From Oleispira sp. (GTDB taxonomy: Bacteria > Pseudomonadota > Gammaproteobacteria > Pseudomonadales > Oceanobacteraceae), in contig JAESQF010000095.1 of assembly GCA_016765295.1 (NCBI GenBank), positions 872 through 64,871 of the forward strand: a DNA stretch of 64,000 nt. The letters run 5' to 3'. Every line of letters begins with the position of its first letter. Position 1 is the stretch's first letter. The translations under genes were made by a program, and so were the position numbers. Shown piece after piece: positions 39,500 to 50,221 of the stretch. Below the pieces are notes generated by a model. The model searched no databases and was not told where the DNA came from. It saw only the letters and a program-made list of their open reading frames with translations.

Positions 39500-40093
39500 T
39501 TATAGATTGAGTGAAGATGACTCTTGATAAAGTTTCATCAACTTATCGGTAATCACTGACTTGATACCACTGCGTTCAAGTTCTGAAATAGAATCCAGTT
39601 TATTCAAGCGTAAGCGATGCAAGTGCAAGCAAGGTAGTTGATCATTAAATTCACGTAAATCACCTTTCATCAATACTGGTAAAAAAGGATCATCGGAGTG
39701 GCTGCGACGTAGGATTTGACGCATGCCTTCTTGAAATGGGATTGGCACAGAGCGTACGTTCTTATCTTTATGAGAGATAATCAGGTAGAGACCTTGTTTA
39801 CCGATTAGATTACCAGGAATAATATGCAGCCCAGTAGATTGCAGGGCATTGTCTTTTAAATGATGAAAAGTATCATGGAAAGCATATGGATCAGGCAAGA
39901 TAACCATCTGACGATCAGCATCTTCTGGAAAGAAAATACTATAATTGGTATATAGCTGTTCTACGGTACTGGAAAATACACACAGTTTATTTTCGAACTT
40001 CTTAATAAAGTTCATCGCTTGCTGATGCTTGCTGATCTTATTCAGATCCCAAACTAAATCAGAATTCTGTTGTTGATTTGCTGCAAAGCCCAT
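39500..40093 (-). CDS. Hypothetical protein downstream of holA
   Basis: 197-aa ORF with AGAGG RBS; motif-like ILPDPYAFHDTF and PFLPVLMKGDLREF; function not recognised. Confidence 0.75.
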   Translation of the reverse strand: MGFAANQQQNSDLVWDLNKISKHQQAMNFIKKFENKLCVFSSTVEQLYTNYSIFFPEDADRQMVILPDPYAFHDTFHHLKDNALQSTGLHIIPGNLIGKQGLYLIISHKDKNVRSVPIPFQEGMRQILRRSHSDDPFLPVLMKGDLREFNDQLPCLHLHRLRLNKLDSISELERSGIKSVITDKLMKLYQESSSLNL

Positions 40094-40278
40094 AAATGCA
40101 CCTCTACTTTATTTCTTGGTACTTAATATTCATGGCAGATCTATGACTAATTAAGCCCTATCAGCCCATAGTTTTTTGATGGGCCTTGTTACTTTAGTGA
40201 GAAAGTAATCGTATCTGCATGTTGTTATTATTATTCAATATTTAGCAAATTACTGTGATCAGCGTAGCGTTTAACATG

Positions 40279-41283
40279 TTAACTAGCAAGCATTCTTACA
40301 CCTGTTAACAGTTCGGTTAAACGACTTAACAATAGCCATGGATTGTTACCATCGCCTTTAACGGCGCGGTCTGTCTGCTCAGCTGTTTGTAAGCATTCAA
40401 ACAATTCCGCTTGGCTTAAACGCGATAATGCAGATTTAAAAGGAGGTTGTTGCTTAGGCCAGATATTTTGAGATTTAAAACCATCGGTTAAACGCTGAGG
40501 TCCATAAGCTTGTAAGCTTATTAGTTGGCGTATTTTACGCGTTAAGGCACCTAATATCATGATGGCTTCATGGCCTTCGGCTTTCAGGTGGCTCAAAATA
40601 CGGGTAGCATCCCCGATATTACCTAATAAGCAGCTATCGGCTAGGGTGAAGGCGTCATAACGGGCGCTATCGGCCGTCACTTCTTCGATAAGTTCAGCGC
40701 TGATTTGCTCTGTGCCCATCATGCGCATTTTTTCAATTTCTTGTACCCCAGCTAATAGGTTGCCTTCGATACGTTGAGCAAAGAGCGCGACTGCATCTTG
40801 GCTGGCACTCATTCCGGCTGCTTGTATGCGGCGTTGTAACCAGCCCGGTAATTGATTTCTATCGATAGGCCAAATAGCAATGAATACACCGGCTGCTTCT
40901 AAGGCTTTGAACCATTTGGTTTTCTGAGTGGCCGCATCTAAGCGTGGGGTGACAATTAACACCACGTTATCGGGATTGGGATTGGCAATGACTTCTAATA
41001 AGACCTTGCCTTTGTCGCTTGGCTTACCATTAGGTATGCGTACTTCAATCAGGCGACGACTGGCAAAGAGAGACATGGCATTAGTCTGATCCAGTAGATC
41101 AATCCAATTAAATCCCGCTTCTGCATGCAACAGTTCGCGTTCTTCTATGCCGTGTTTTTTACTTGCTAGACGAATTTGGTCACAGGTTTCTTGCACCATT
41201 AGCGGCTCATCACCCGAGATAATATAAAAGGGTGCGAGCCCTTTTTGCAGGTGGGCATTGAGCTGTTCAGTTTTTAGTTTCAT
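40279..41283 (-). CDS. holA: DNA polymerase III delta subunit
   Basis: ISGDEPL, MSLFASRRLIE and EGNLLAGVQEIEK motifs; leuS-lptE-holA synteny. Confidence 0.95.
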   Translation of the reverse strand: MKLKTEQLNAHLQKGLAPFYIISGDEPLMVQETCDQIRLASKKHGIEERELLHAEAGFNWIDLLDQTNAMSLFASRRLIEVRIPNGKPSDKGKVLLEVIANPNPDNVVLIVTPRLDAATQKTKWFKALEAAGVFIAIWPIDRNQLPGWLQRRIQAAGMSASQDAVALFAQRIEGNLLAGVQEIEKMRMMGTEQISAELIEEVTADSARYDAFTLADSCLLGNIGDATRILSHLKAEGHEAIMILGALTRKIRQLISLQAYGPQRLTDGFKSQNIWPKQQPPFKSALSRLSQAELFECLQTAEQTDRAVKGDGNNPWLLLSRLTELLTGVRMLAS

Positions 41284-41293
41284 CGCTTAATCA

Positions 41294-41776
41294 CTAAAAT
41301 TTCACTTTTTGTAAACGTATCATCAGCTTACGAATAAGGTCATTCTCAAGTTCTTGGCGCTGAGTCTTTTCTTCGTTTTGGGTACCAATAACGCTATTGA
41401 CGTCGTTATTAAAGGTACGTCGACCCGTAAGTTCCCAGCTGACATCGATACCATCTTCTCCTAGCTCTAGCAAGTGGGCATTCAAAGTAGCATTAAGCTC
41501 GTACTCCGCCGCTTGGCCAACATTGTTAACCGATAATATTAGGCGTTCAATGAGTATCGGTTCAATTTGTAAGCGTACCTTAGCACTGGCATCGGTAGGG
41601 AATATCACGCCATTGAACTCTAGCTGTTGGCGTAAGCGCTGAGTAAAGCGCTGATTTGCTTGGCTTTCGAGTGTCATTACTTGCACGCTGGGTGGCAATA
41701 CAACGATACCGCGTAGTTGCCAGCCGCAAGCACTGGTGATGATAACCAATAACGACAATACAAAATGCTTCATCAA
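41294..41776 (-). CDS. lptE: LPS assembly lipoprotein LptE
   Basis: Lipobox TSACGWQLRG, AEYEL motif and synteny. Confidence 0.92.
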   Translation of the reverse strand: MMKHFVLSLLVIITSACGWQLRGIVVLPPSVQVMTLESQANQRFTQRLRQQLEFNGVIFPTDASAKVRLQIEPILIERLILSVNNVGQAAEYELNATLNAHLLELGEDGIDVSWELTGRRTFNNDVNSVIGTQNEEKTQRQELENDLIRKLMIRLQKVKF

Positions 41777-41813
41777 CTTCCTTCCCTAATATTTATGCTT
41801 AATGGGCAACAGT

Positions 41814-44453
41814 CTAGTTAGCGACAATGTTTACAAGCTTTCCAGGAATCACAATTACCTTGCGGATAGTGCTTTCGCCGACAAACTTAAGGACGTTTTC
41901 ATCAGCACGAGCAATGGCTTCAGCGTCTTCTTTGCTGATATTAGCAGGCAGTTCTAGCTTGGCGCGAACCTTGCCATTTACCTGCACAACCATTTCGATG
42001 CTGTCTTTAACCAATGCGGCTTCGTCAACGATTGGCCACGGTGCATCGAGTAGAGAATCGTTATGACCAAAGGCGACCCACAATTCATTAGTGATGTGGG
42101 GCGTAATTGGCGAAAGCATCAATATAATTGCTTCAACACCTTCACGGGCTACCGCTCGACTTTGCTCGTTGTTCTTGTCTAGCTTGTTTAGGGCATTGAG
42201 CAATTCCATAATCGCGGCAATTGCTGTGTTATACGTCTGACGCTGACCCATATCTACCGTTACTTTGGCGATGGTCTCATGAATTTTACGACGCGCTGTT
42301 TTCTGATCTTTATCCAGAGTCTCTAAGTTAAGCGTCTTGGCTGCACCAGACGTTAGCTCGAAGCTTAAACGCCATAGGCGCTCAAGGAATTTCTTCGCTC
42401 CCTGTACACCGGCATCTGACCATTCAAGCGTTTGCTCGGGTGGCGCTGCGAACATGGTATATAGACGAACGGTATCTGCACCATAAAGGTCGATAGCTTC
42501 TTGTGGATCGGCACCGTTATTTTTTGACTTCGACATTTTGATCATGCCAGAGAAGATTAATTCACGGCCTGTCGCTGTTTCAGTCACACGAGTAAGGACA
42601 CCCTTATCATCTCGTTCAATAGTCACGTCAGCTGGATTAATCCATTCTTTCGCACCATTTTCTGTGACGTAGTAATACGAGTCGGCTAATACCATGCCTT
42701 GGCATAATAAGCTCTTGAACGGCTCATCACTTTCAACCAAGCCAGCATCACGTAATAACTTATGGAAAAAACGCGCGTATAGAAGGTGCAAAATCGCGTG
42801 TTCGATACCACCAATGTATTGATCCACAGGCAGCCAATAATTCGCTTCCTCTGGTTCAAGCATCTTGTCATGGCTTTGCGGTGTGCAATAACGCGCGTAA
42901 TACCAAGACGATTCCATAAAGGTATCGAAGGTATCGGTTTCACGGAAGGCAGGTTCGCCATCAAGTTCGATGTTGGAGAATTCGGGGTTGTTCTTAATAG
43001 GCGAGTTAATGCCATCCATTACCACGTCGGTCGGTAAGATAACCGGCAACATGTCGACAGGAGTGGTGACTGAAGTACCGTCTTGCTTTTGAATCATAGG
43101 AATTGGGCTGCCCCAATAACGCTGACGGCTAACGCCCCAGTCACGCAGACGGTAGTTAACCTTGATCTCGCCTTTGCCATTAGTTGTTAACCAATGAGCG
43201 ATGGTCTTGAAGGCTTTGTTGGTTGGCAAACCATTAAATTCACCTGAGTTAACCAATATACCTTTTTCGGTATAAGCGCCTTCGGAAAGATCGATAGCGG
43301 CGCTCTCAGTTTCTTTCTTCTTTGGCTTTGGGGCGATAACTTGCTTGATGTCTAAAGCGTACTTAGTAGCAAATTCCCAATCACGCTGATCATGAGCGGG
43401 AACAGCCATGACCGCGCCTGTGCCATAATCCATCAATACGAAGTTAGCGATCCAAACTGGGACTTCATCGCCAGTCACCGGGTGGATGGCGTTAATACCG
43501 GTATCGATGCCTTTTTTCTCCACCGTTGCAATGTCGGCTTCGGCGGTGCTGGATTTTTTGCATTCTTCGATGAAGGCTTGAATCTCAGCATTACCGCCAT
43601 TCGCAGCAGCAGCTTGTGCAGCCAATGGGTGGCCTGCGGCTACGGCAACATAGCTCACGCCCATCAAGGTATCAGGGCGAGTGGTATAAATTTCTAACTC
43701 TTCGCTGGAATCTTTCAATGCAAAGCGCATTTCTACGCCTTCAGAGCGGCCGATCCAGTTACGCTGCATGGCTTTAACTTGCTCAGGCCATTCATCTAAC
43801 TGATCTAGGTCGTTCAATAGTTCTTCAGCATAGGCGGTGATGCGAATGAACCACTGAGGGATTTCTTTCTTCACTACTGGGCTATCACAACGCCAGCAGC
43901 AGCCATCGATGACTTGTTCGTTGGCTAATACGGTTTGGTCATTCGGGCACCAGTTAACCGCAGATACTTTTTTATACGCCATGTCTTTTTCGACTAACTG
44001 GGTGAAAAACCACTGTTCCCAGCGATAGTATTCAGGATCACAGGTGGCGAACTCACGGTCCCAGTCATAACCAAAGCCCAAGCTCTTAAGCTGGGTTTTC
44101 ATGTAGGCGACGTTTTCTTTGGTCCATTTAGCCGGTGCTGTTTTATGCTTAATTGCCGCATTTTCAGCTGGCAGACCAAACGCATCCCAGCCCATTGGTT
44201 GCATGACGTTTTTGCCGTGCATACGCTGGTAACGAGAGACTACATCACCAATGGTATAGTTACGTACATGGCCCATGTGCAGTCGTCCACTTGGGTAGGG
44301 GAACATGGATAAGCAGTAGAATTTCTCTCTGCTAGCATCATGGACCGCTTTGAAAACTTTGTTTTGCTCCCAATGTTGCTGTAGCTTGCCTTCGATTTCT
44401 TTAGGCTGATAGCTTTCTAACATTGGGGTAGTTGTATGAGACGACTGAGACAT
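41814..44453 (-). CDS. leuS: Leucine--tRNA ligase
   Basis: [17 protein letters not shown] (HIGH), KMSKS, editing-domain YTTRPDT and [15 protein letters not shown]. Confidence 0.98.
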   Translation of the reverse strand: MSQSSHTTTPMLESYQPKEIEGKLQQHWEQNKVFKAVHDASREKFYCLSMFPYPSGRLHMGHVRNYTIGDVVSRYQRMHGKNVMQPMGWDAFGLPAENAAIKHKTAPAKWTKENVAYMKTQLKSLGFGYDWDREFATCDPEYYRWEQWFFTQLVEKDMAYKKVSAVNWCPNDQTVLANEQVIDGCCWRCDSPVVKKEIPQWFIRITAYAEELLNDLDQLDEWPEQVKAMQRNWIGRSEGVEMRFALKDSSEELEIYTTRPDTLMGVSYVAVAAGHPLAAQAAAANGGNAEIQAFIEECKKSSTAEADIATVEKKGIDTGINAIHPVTGDEVPVWIANFVLMDYGTGAVMAVPAHDQRDWEFATKYALDIKQVIAPKPKKKETESAAIDLSEGAYTEKGILVNSGEFNGLPTNKAFKTIAHWLTTNGKGEIKVNYRLRDWGVSRQRYWGSPIPMIQKQDGTSVTTPVDMLPVILPTDVVMDGINSPIKNNPEFSNIELDGEPAFRETDTFDTFMESSWYYARYCTPQSHDKMLEPEEANYWLPVDQYIGGIEHAILHLLYARFFHKLLRDAGLVESDEPFKSLLCQGMVLADSYYYVTENGAKEWINPADVTIERDDKGVLTRVTETATGRELIFSGMIKMSKSKNNGADPQEAIDLYGADTVRLYTMFAAPPEQTLEWSDAGVQGAKKFLERLWRLSFELTSGAAKTLNLETLDKDQKTARRKIHETIAKVTVDMGQRQTYNTAIAAIMELLNALNKLDKNNEQSRAVAREGVEAIILMLSPITPHITNELWVAFGHNDSLLDAPWPIVDEAALVKDSIEMVVQVNGKVRAKLELPANISKEDAEAIARADENVLKFVGESTIRKVIVIPGKLVNIVAN

Positions 44454-44648
44454 AGTGATAATCTTGTAATTCAGGGTTCAAATAAGGGCATCAGTTTACC
44501 CTAAGGAAGAGGTGGCGGGTAGCTTTGAAAGAAAAACCCCAGATGATGAAATATGCTGAATTTATGTCTATCGTTTAATTTGACTAGCTATTAGTATTGG
44601 CTTCGTGATTGCTTTACCTAGAATCAATTTATAGGGATTAGGAAAAGA

Positions 44649-46430
44649 GTGAAATATAGAGTAAGGCGCTTTGCGGGCGCTATCTTAATATACATCCTTG
44701 GTGTATTTGTTATTGCGGCTGTTAGCTATATGCAAGAACGCCAGCGTTTTTTAGCCGATATCGATATACGGTTATTAGCTGCTGCGAATAACTTGCCTGA
44801 TATATTGCCGGCAAATTTTCATGATATTGCTCGCACCTCGGATGCTATTTCGGCTGAGCAAGACCAATTTAATTTAGAGCTGATGAGCCGTCACGCTCGC
44901 AGTGGTGACCTGACCTATCTTTATAGCTATGTCATGGTCGATGGAAAAATTTATTTTACCTCCTGTAATTATACGGCAGAAGATGTCAAAGAAAATCGAG
45001 TAGTGACTTACTGGACAGATTACCCAGAAGGAGCGCCAGAATACTTTGATGCCATGTCGGCTGAAGAACCTATCTATGTTACGGCTGGCGATCGCTGGGG
45101 GCTTTTTCGAACGATCTTGATGCCAATGAAATCCCCTTCAGGTTTATCCTATGTCGCGGCTGCGGATATGGATATAACCGTTATAGAGAACTCCCTCAGG
45201 CACGCCGTTCTGTCTGTACTGGGGATGAGTTTAGTATTGTTAGCCATTGCAATTCCGTTGATGCTAGCTTATCGCCATACTTATTCAGAGATGAATTCAG
45301 AGCTCAAAGTACTCAATAAAAAGTTACAAACCGATATTAATCAGGCTCTAATTTTAGAAGCTGAATTAAAACAGGCGACGCTTAAAGCGAATAAAGCCAA
45401 TGAGATTAAAAGTCAGTTTTTATCCAATATGAGTCATGAATTAAGAACCCCTATTAATGGTATCTTGGGGATGAATCAGCTGTTACTCGATACTAGATTA
45501 ACGGATGAGCAGACTGAATACATTGGCTTATGTAATAAAAGTGCTGATGTTTTATTGGATACAGTGAATCAAATTTTAGATGTTGCAGCGATTGAGGCTG
45601 GTGGTTTGACCTTGCAGGAAACAGCGGTAGATTCTCAATCATTCTTCGATGGCATTCTTGGGATATTCTCGACCCAGATTAGAGAGAAGCAATTGGACCT
45701 AGTACTGACCTTGGGTGATGGCTTGCCAGCTGAAATCAATATCGATCCGGTACATTTACGCAAAGTCTTGATTAATTTAATCAGCAATGCCATTAAGTTT
45801 ACGGCTAAGGGTGGCATAACGATTCTGATTAATTGGCGGGAGGGCTGCCTGCATGGGATTGTGCAAGATACTGGCAGGGGAATCCCGGTAGATGCTCAGC
45901 AGCGTATTTTTGAAGCGTTTCAGCAAGTTGATAACTCTTACGCCCGAGAGCACAGCGGCACGGGATTAGGATTACCGATTTCTCAACAAATATGTCATAT
46001 GATGGGAGGGAAGCTATTTCTTTATCGTTCTAACGAGAAGGGCTCTATCTTTAAGTTTCATGTTAAAGCTCCTGCGATCAAGGTCGCACGTTTAGTGAAA
46101 CAATCTATGGATAAGCCAGTGTGTATCTTTACCGATTCCGAAATTCTGCGTACTTGGTTCTTTTCAGCATTTAAGCAGCCTAGTTTTAAAACGGTTGCGG
46201 ACATTCAGGATACTTCACTATTGCTTAACGAGTACGCCTATATTTTGGTTGACTCAACGGCTTCTCATGACGACTTAACCATACTGGTGGATAAGCTAGA
46301 TCTCGAGCAGCAGAAGGTATTATACCTATCGTGGGTTGGGCATAGCCTACCTTTGGCATTAGAGGATAAAGTACAGCTAGTACGCCAGCCCTTTGTTAGT
46401 CGTGATTTAGCCCTGGTAATGGATGGCTGA
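44649..46430 (+). CDS. Membrane sensor histidine kinase with degenerate C-terminal receiver-like region
   Basis: Two TM segments; FLSNMSHELRTPING, NLISNAIKFT, DTGRGI and GTGLGL motifs. Confidence 0.9.
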   Translation: MKYRVRRFAGAILIYILGVFVIAAVSYMQERQRFLADIDIRLLAAANNLPDILPANFHDIARTSDAISAEQDQFNLELMSRHARSGDLTYLYSYVMVDGKIYFTSCNYTAEDVKENRVVTYWTDYPEGAPEYFDAMSAEEPIYVTAGDRWGLFRTILMPMKSPSGLSYVAAADMDITVIENSLRHAVLSVLGMSLVLLAIAIPLMLAYRHTYSEMNSELKVLNKKLQTDINQALILEAELKQATLKANKANEIKSQFLSNMSHELRTPINGILGMNQLLLDTRLTDEQTEYIGLCNKSADVLLDTVNQILDVAAIEAGGLTLQETAVDSQSFFDGILGIFSTQIREKQLDLVLTLGDGLPAEINIDPVHLRKVLINLISNAIKFTAKGGITILINWREGCLHGIVQDTGRGIPVDAQQRIFEAFQQVDNSYAREHSGTGLGLPISQQICHMMGGKLFLYRSNEKGSIFKFHVKAPAIKVARLVKQSMDKPVCIFTDSEILRTWFFSAFKQPSFKTVADIQDTSLLLNEYAYILVDSTASHDDLTILVDKLDLEQQKVLYLSWVGHSLPLALEDKVQLVRQPFVSRDLALVMDG

Positions 46431-46587
46431 AATAAAGAAATTTAATTAAATCATAGACTTAAGTCAATTTCATAGCAGGTAAGTAACGTTTCTTATGTCA
46501 ATGATTTGAAAATTCTTCAGTAATCAAGATACTGATTAAAAGTGAGTTTTCGTAGTTTTCAATCTAGCAGTATCATAGAATAGAAAT

Positions 46588-47571
46588 ATGAATCAATTAA
46601 TAGATCCTTTTGGCCGCACCATTGAATATTTAAGAATCTCTGTGACTGATCGCTGTGATTTACGCTGCAGCTATTGTATGAGCGAAGATGTTGAATTTCT
46701 ACCGCGCCAAGACATTTTATCCTTCGAAGAAATACTAAGGCTAGCAAATAGTTTTGCTCAGCTGGGTGTTAAGATAATTCGTATTACTGGTGGCGAGCCT
46801 TTGATGCGGAAAAAATTACCCGAGTTAATTTCCCGTATTAAAGCAATTCCGGGAATTGAAGAAGTCGTGATGACGACTAACGGCACCCTGCTAACACAAT
46901 ATGCTAAGCCATTATTTGAAGCGGGTTTGTCGCGCTTAAATATTAGTTTAGATACCTTAAAGGCAGATCGCTTTAAGCAATTGACCCGTCGCGATCGCTT
47001 GCAGGCAGTATTGGATGGTATTGCGGAAGCGAAGAAATATGCTTTTGCAGCTATAAAGCTGAATGCTGTTGTAATGAAAGGTATGAACGATGATGAAATT
47101 ATTGCCTTAACTGATTTTGCTGTCGCTAATGAAATCGATATTACCTTTATTGAAGAAATGCCTTTGGGTGAAGTCGGCTATGACCGTAGTATGACCTTCT
47201 TGTCTAGTGCGGATATTAAAGCGGTTATTCAAAAGCAGTACGATCTAATTGATTCTAGTTATAAAACCGGTGGCCCTGCGGTTTATTGTGGATTAGAGAA
47301 TAAGAAAACCAGAATCGGTTTTATTTCCCCCCATAGTAATAATTTTTGTTCCGATTGTAATCGAGTGCGTCTTACTGCTGTCGGGCGCTTGTTGTTGTGC
47401 TTAGGCAATGAAAATAGCCAGGATTTACGTACTCTTATGCGTGAGGGTTGTGACGATCAGCAATTGATTGAGCAGCTTATCTCAGCGCTACAGCTAAAGC
47501 CTGAAAAACATGAATTTAACCTAGCAGAAGAAGTTAAAATTTTAAGGTTTATGTCCCATACAGGTGGATAA
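46588..47571 (+). CDS. moaA: GTP 3',8-cyclase (molybdenum cofactor biosynthesis)
   Basis: CDLRCSYCM radical-SAM motif, TGGEP, FCSDCNRVR and a C-terminal GG. Confidence 0.96.
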   Translation: MNQLIDPFGRTIEYLRISVTDRCDLRCSYCMSEDVEFLPRQDILSFEEILRLANSFAQLGVKIIRITGGEPLMRKKLPELISRIKAIPGIEEVVMTTNGTLLTQYAKPLFEAGLSRLNISLDTLKADRFKQLTRRDRLQAVLDGIAEAKKYAFAAIKLNAVVMKGMNDDEIIALTDFAVANEIDITFIEEMPLGEVGYDRSMTFLSSADIKAVIQKQYDLIDSSYKTGGPAVYCGLENKKTRIGFISPHSNNFCSDCNRVRLTAVGRLLLCLGNENSQDLRTLMREGCDDQQLIEQLISALQLKPEKHEFNLAEEVKILRFMSHTGG

Positions 47572-47657
47572 CCACCTGACTTTCCTATCAAATGAAAGCA
47601 ATCCCTTCAAATCATCGTAAAGCTGCCCCATATTGATAATATCTTTGAACTTAACTG

Positions 47658-47674
47658 AATTGGATAGTCCAAAG
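47658..47674. promoter_or_regulatory. FadR-subfamily GntR operator-like palindrome
   Basis: AATTGG-ATAGT-CCAAAG, similar to PdhR/LldR AATTGG-N5-CCAATT sites, upstream of the GntR gene. Confidence 0.5.
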
Positions 47675-47762
47675 CAATGGTAGAGGTTGCGGGATACTAG
47701 GTGTTATAGTAACAAGATCTTTACAAAGTTCTTACCATTATAATAATTACGATAATAAAAAT

Positions 47763-48596
47763 ATGTCAGTCAAAACACTGCCCGATCAAATTACAGATTT
47801 GTTAATAGCATTAGTCTTTGTCGGTAAATTATTACCTGGAGATAAGCTTCCTCCTGAGCGACAGCTTGCTGAGCATCTTGGCGTCGATCGTACCTCTTTA
47901 CGTATGGCATTAAAAACCCTTACTCGCATGAATGTGATTAATACAATTCAAGGATCTGGCATCCGAGTATTGGATTATAAGTTGAGTGGTGGCTTAGATT
48001 TTCTCGCTAATTTATATCAGATTGATGAGTTAGAGCTGGGTGGTGAATTGTTATTAGCGGGGCTTGAGATGTTTAATCGAGCAATTCCTTCGGCAATTAA
48101 AATGTCTGTTGAAAAGAGCGCTGAAGACTCTCAGGGGGAAGTTTTATCGATTCTACACAAAATGCATCAAGGTATAGAGCAGGACGTTGATGTACGAGAG
48201 TTAGCTCGTCTAGAGGTGCAGCTGGTGGATAATTTATTATCTTCAACCGGTAATATTTTTATGCAGTTAGCCGGTAGTAGCTCACGCCAAATTCGCATAG
48301 CGCTGACTGAAAAAAGCTATGAATTAATTGATGTGAAAAAGCACTTGGATTGGTTGGTGAATATGATGATGCGTATTGCTAGCGGCATGTTAGCAATGGA
48401 CGATATGGTACGTGAGTATAATCAATACATTAATGAAATAACTGAACCGTTAAAGCAGTATTTAATGACCCTGCCAAAGACTCCAAAACTGCTAGCCTCT
48501 CCTTTGCATAATGATAAAAACATTATGGATTTGGATGATATTATGAAGAAAAATACAACGGCCGAGATACTGCACATTACCTCTCGGGCTAGCTAG
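47763..48596 (+). CDS. GntR/FadR-family regulator
   Basis: PGDKLPPERQLAEHLGVDRTSLRMAL...QGSG winged HTH. Confidence 0.9.
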   Translation: MSVKTLPDQITDLLIALVFVGKLLPGDKLPPERQLAEHLGVDRTSLRMALKTLTRMNVINTIQGSGIRVLDYKLSGGLDFLANLYQIDELELGGELLLAGLEMFNRAIPSAIKMSVEKSAEDSQGEVLSILHKMHQGIEQDVDVRELARLEVQLVDNLLSSTGNIFMQLAGSSSRQIRIALTEKSYELIDVKKHLDWLVNMMMRIASGMLAMDDMVREYNQYINEITEPLKQYLMTLPKTPKLLASPLHNDKNIMDLDDIMKKNTTAEILHITSRAS

Positions 48597-48622
48597 TACA
48601 GGCAACAATAAAACTCAGTGTA

Positions 48623-50131
48623 TTACTGAGTTTTTCTATATTTCCAATAAGTTGCACTAAGTAATAATAAAGACCCCAATAGCATTGGCCATAAACCAAA
48701 AATCATAAACGGTGTATGACCCTGGCGAGTCTGGGCTATCGCGGTTAAGGTTGCTCTTTGGTTGGTTGGTAGCTGCTTAACTATTTCCCCCCTATGATTT
48801 ACCAGAGCCGTAATTCCCGTATTGGTTGAACGCAATAAATAGCGTTGGGTTTCAAGGGCTCTCATCTGGGCAATTGCCATATGTTGCTTTGGCCCCAGAG
48901 AATCACCAAACCAAGCATCATTACTGATGGTTATTAATAGGTCAGAGTCTTTAGCCATTTCTGCGACAAGCTCGGGGTAAACAATTTCGTAACAGATGAA
49001 CGGCGCAATTAAAAATAGTGAGTCATCTTTTTCAACCTTTAATAATGGTTGCTTGCTATCACCTTGTTTAAAGCTCGACATTGGCAGGTCGAAAAAAGGT
49101 AATAGACCACGAATCAGATCTTCTAATGGAATGTATTCGCCAAAAGGGACGAGTTTTTGTTTATGGTATAAACCGCTGCCGGTACCAATTGCAAGAATGC
49201 TATTATGAAACTCACCTTTATGCGGGCCTTCACTATAGCGAAATGGAATGCCACTTATAATCGTGGTTTGGTTATTTATTGCTTCTTCATTGATTGTATC
49301 TAGATACGACTGGAACTGATTTTTGAATACCGTGATAGCGGTTTCAGGCCATAGAATAATGTCGCTATCCCAATGTTGTCGAGTTTGCTCTAAATAAGAG
49401 TGGATCGTTGGCAAGCGTTCTTCCGGTAGCCATTTCTTTTCTTGAGGTATATTACCCTGCACTGCACTGACCTTTAGCTCATTGGTTTTTTCAGTCCACT
49501 GAATATCCTGTAGCAATAAGCCAATAGGCCACACGAGTAAGGGAATTAAGAATTTTATTTTCTTTCGTTGTACTAAAAAATAGAGGGTGGCTGCTGTTAA
49601 TGCGCTGAAAAAAGATAATCCATAAACGCTAAGAATAGGAGCCCATCCATTTAACCAGGTATGTAGTTGGGCATCGCCGGCAAAAAGCCAAGGGAATCCG
49701 GTGAATATCCAGCTACGGAACCATTCGTATAAAAACCATAAGCAAGAAAATGCCAGTATGGTTATTATTGCAGGTGTATTTTTAGCGTTATAAAAACGCT
49801 GAAAAACATACATGAATAATGCCGGGAATGTACCAAGGAAAGCCGCAAATAAACCTACCATTAATATTGCTAATGCGGCAGGTGTACCGCCATGGTCGTG
49901 CATGCTGACATAAATCCAGGATACCCCGACTGAAAATTTAGCAAAACCAAATAGCCAAGTTCGAAAAGCGGCTTGTTTTGGTGTGCTATCTTGTAAGCTA
50001 TATAGAAGGCCCATCAAAGAAAGTATAACAAGGGGCCAAAGGAAAAAAGGCGCGATAGCAAAGGGGAAAATCAATCCAGAAAACAATGCAACTAAGATAG
50101 GCTTAGTTAGGAGCTGGCGTAAGAAAAACAT
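48623..50131 (-). CDS. lnt: Apolipoprotein N-acyltransferase
   Basis: FTGFPWL, WPETA, KQKLVPFGEY, ICYEI, SNDAWFG and RALE motifs; start taken at MFFLR. Confidence 0.95.
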   Translation of the reverse strand: MFFLRQLLTKPILVALFSGLIFPFAIAPFFLWPLVILSLMGLLYSLQDSTPKQAAFRTWLFGFAKFSVGVSWIYVSMHDHGGTPAALAILMVGLFAAFLGTFPALFMYVFQRFYNAKNTPAIITILAFSCLWFLYEWFRSWIFTGFPWLFAGDAQLHTWLNGWAPILSVYGLSFFSALTAATLYFLVQRKKIKFLIPLLVWPIGLLLQDIQWTEKTNELKVSAVQGNIPQEKKWLPEERLPTIHSYLEQTRQHWDSDIILWPETAITVFKNQFQSYLDTINEEAINNQTTIISGIPFRYSEGPHKGEFHNSILAIGTGSGLYHKQKLVPFGEYIPLEDLIRGLLPFFDLPMSSFKQGDSKQPLLKVEKDDSLFLIAPFICYEIVYPELVAEMAKDSDLLITISNDAWFGDSLGPKQHMAIAQMRALETQRYLLRSTNTGITALVNHRGEIVKQLPTNQRATLTAIAQTRQGHTPFMIFGLWPMLLGSLLLLSATYWKYRKTQ

Positions 50132-50221
50132 AATTATCCCTGTTATAAAAAACAAAAAAGAAAGCACCTCGGCTTTCTTTTTTAATTACTCTACTCTTTG
50201 CTATAAGTTGATTAGCTTACA

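Noticed and set aside
39060-39500. oriC
   Set aside because: No dnaA, dnaN, gidA or rpmH neighbours and no clear DUE 13-mers or GATC clustering. The box geometry fits a DARS core better.
46431-46587. Moco riboswitch or FNR site upstream of moaA
   Set aside because: The region is AT-rich without the riboswitch stems; TAGAC-N4-GTCAA (46454-46467) is too divergent to call.
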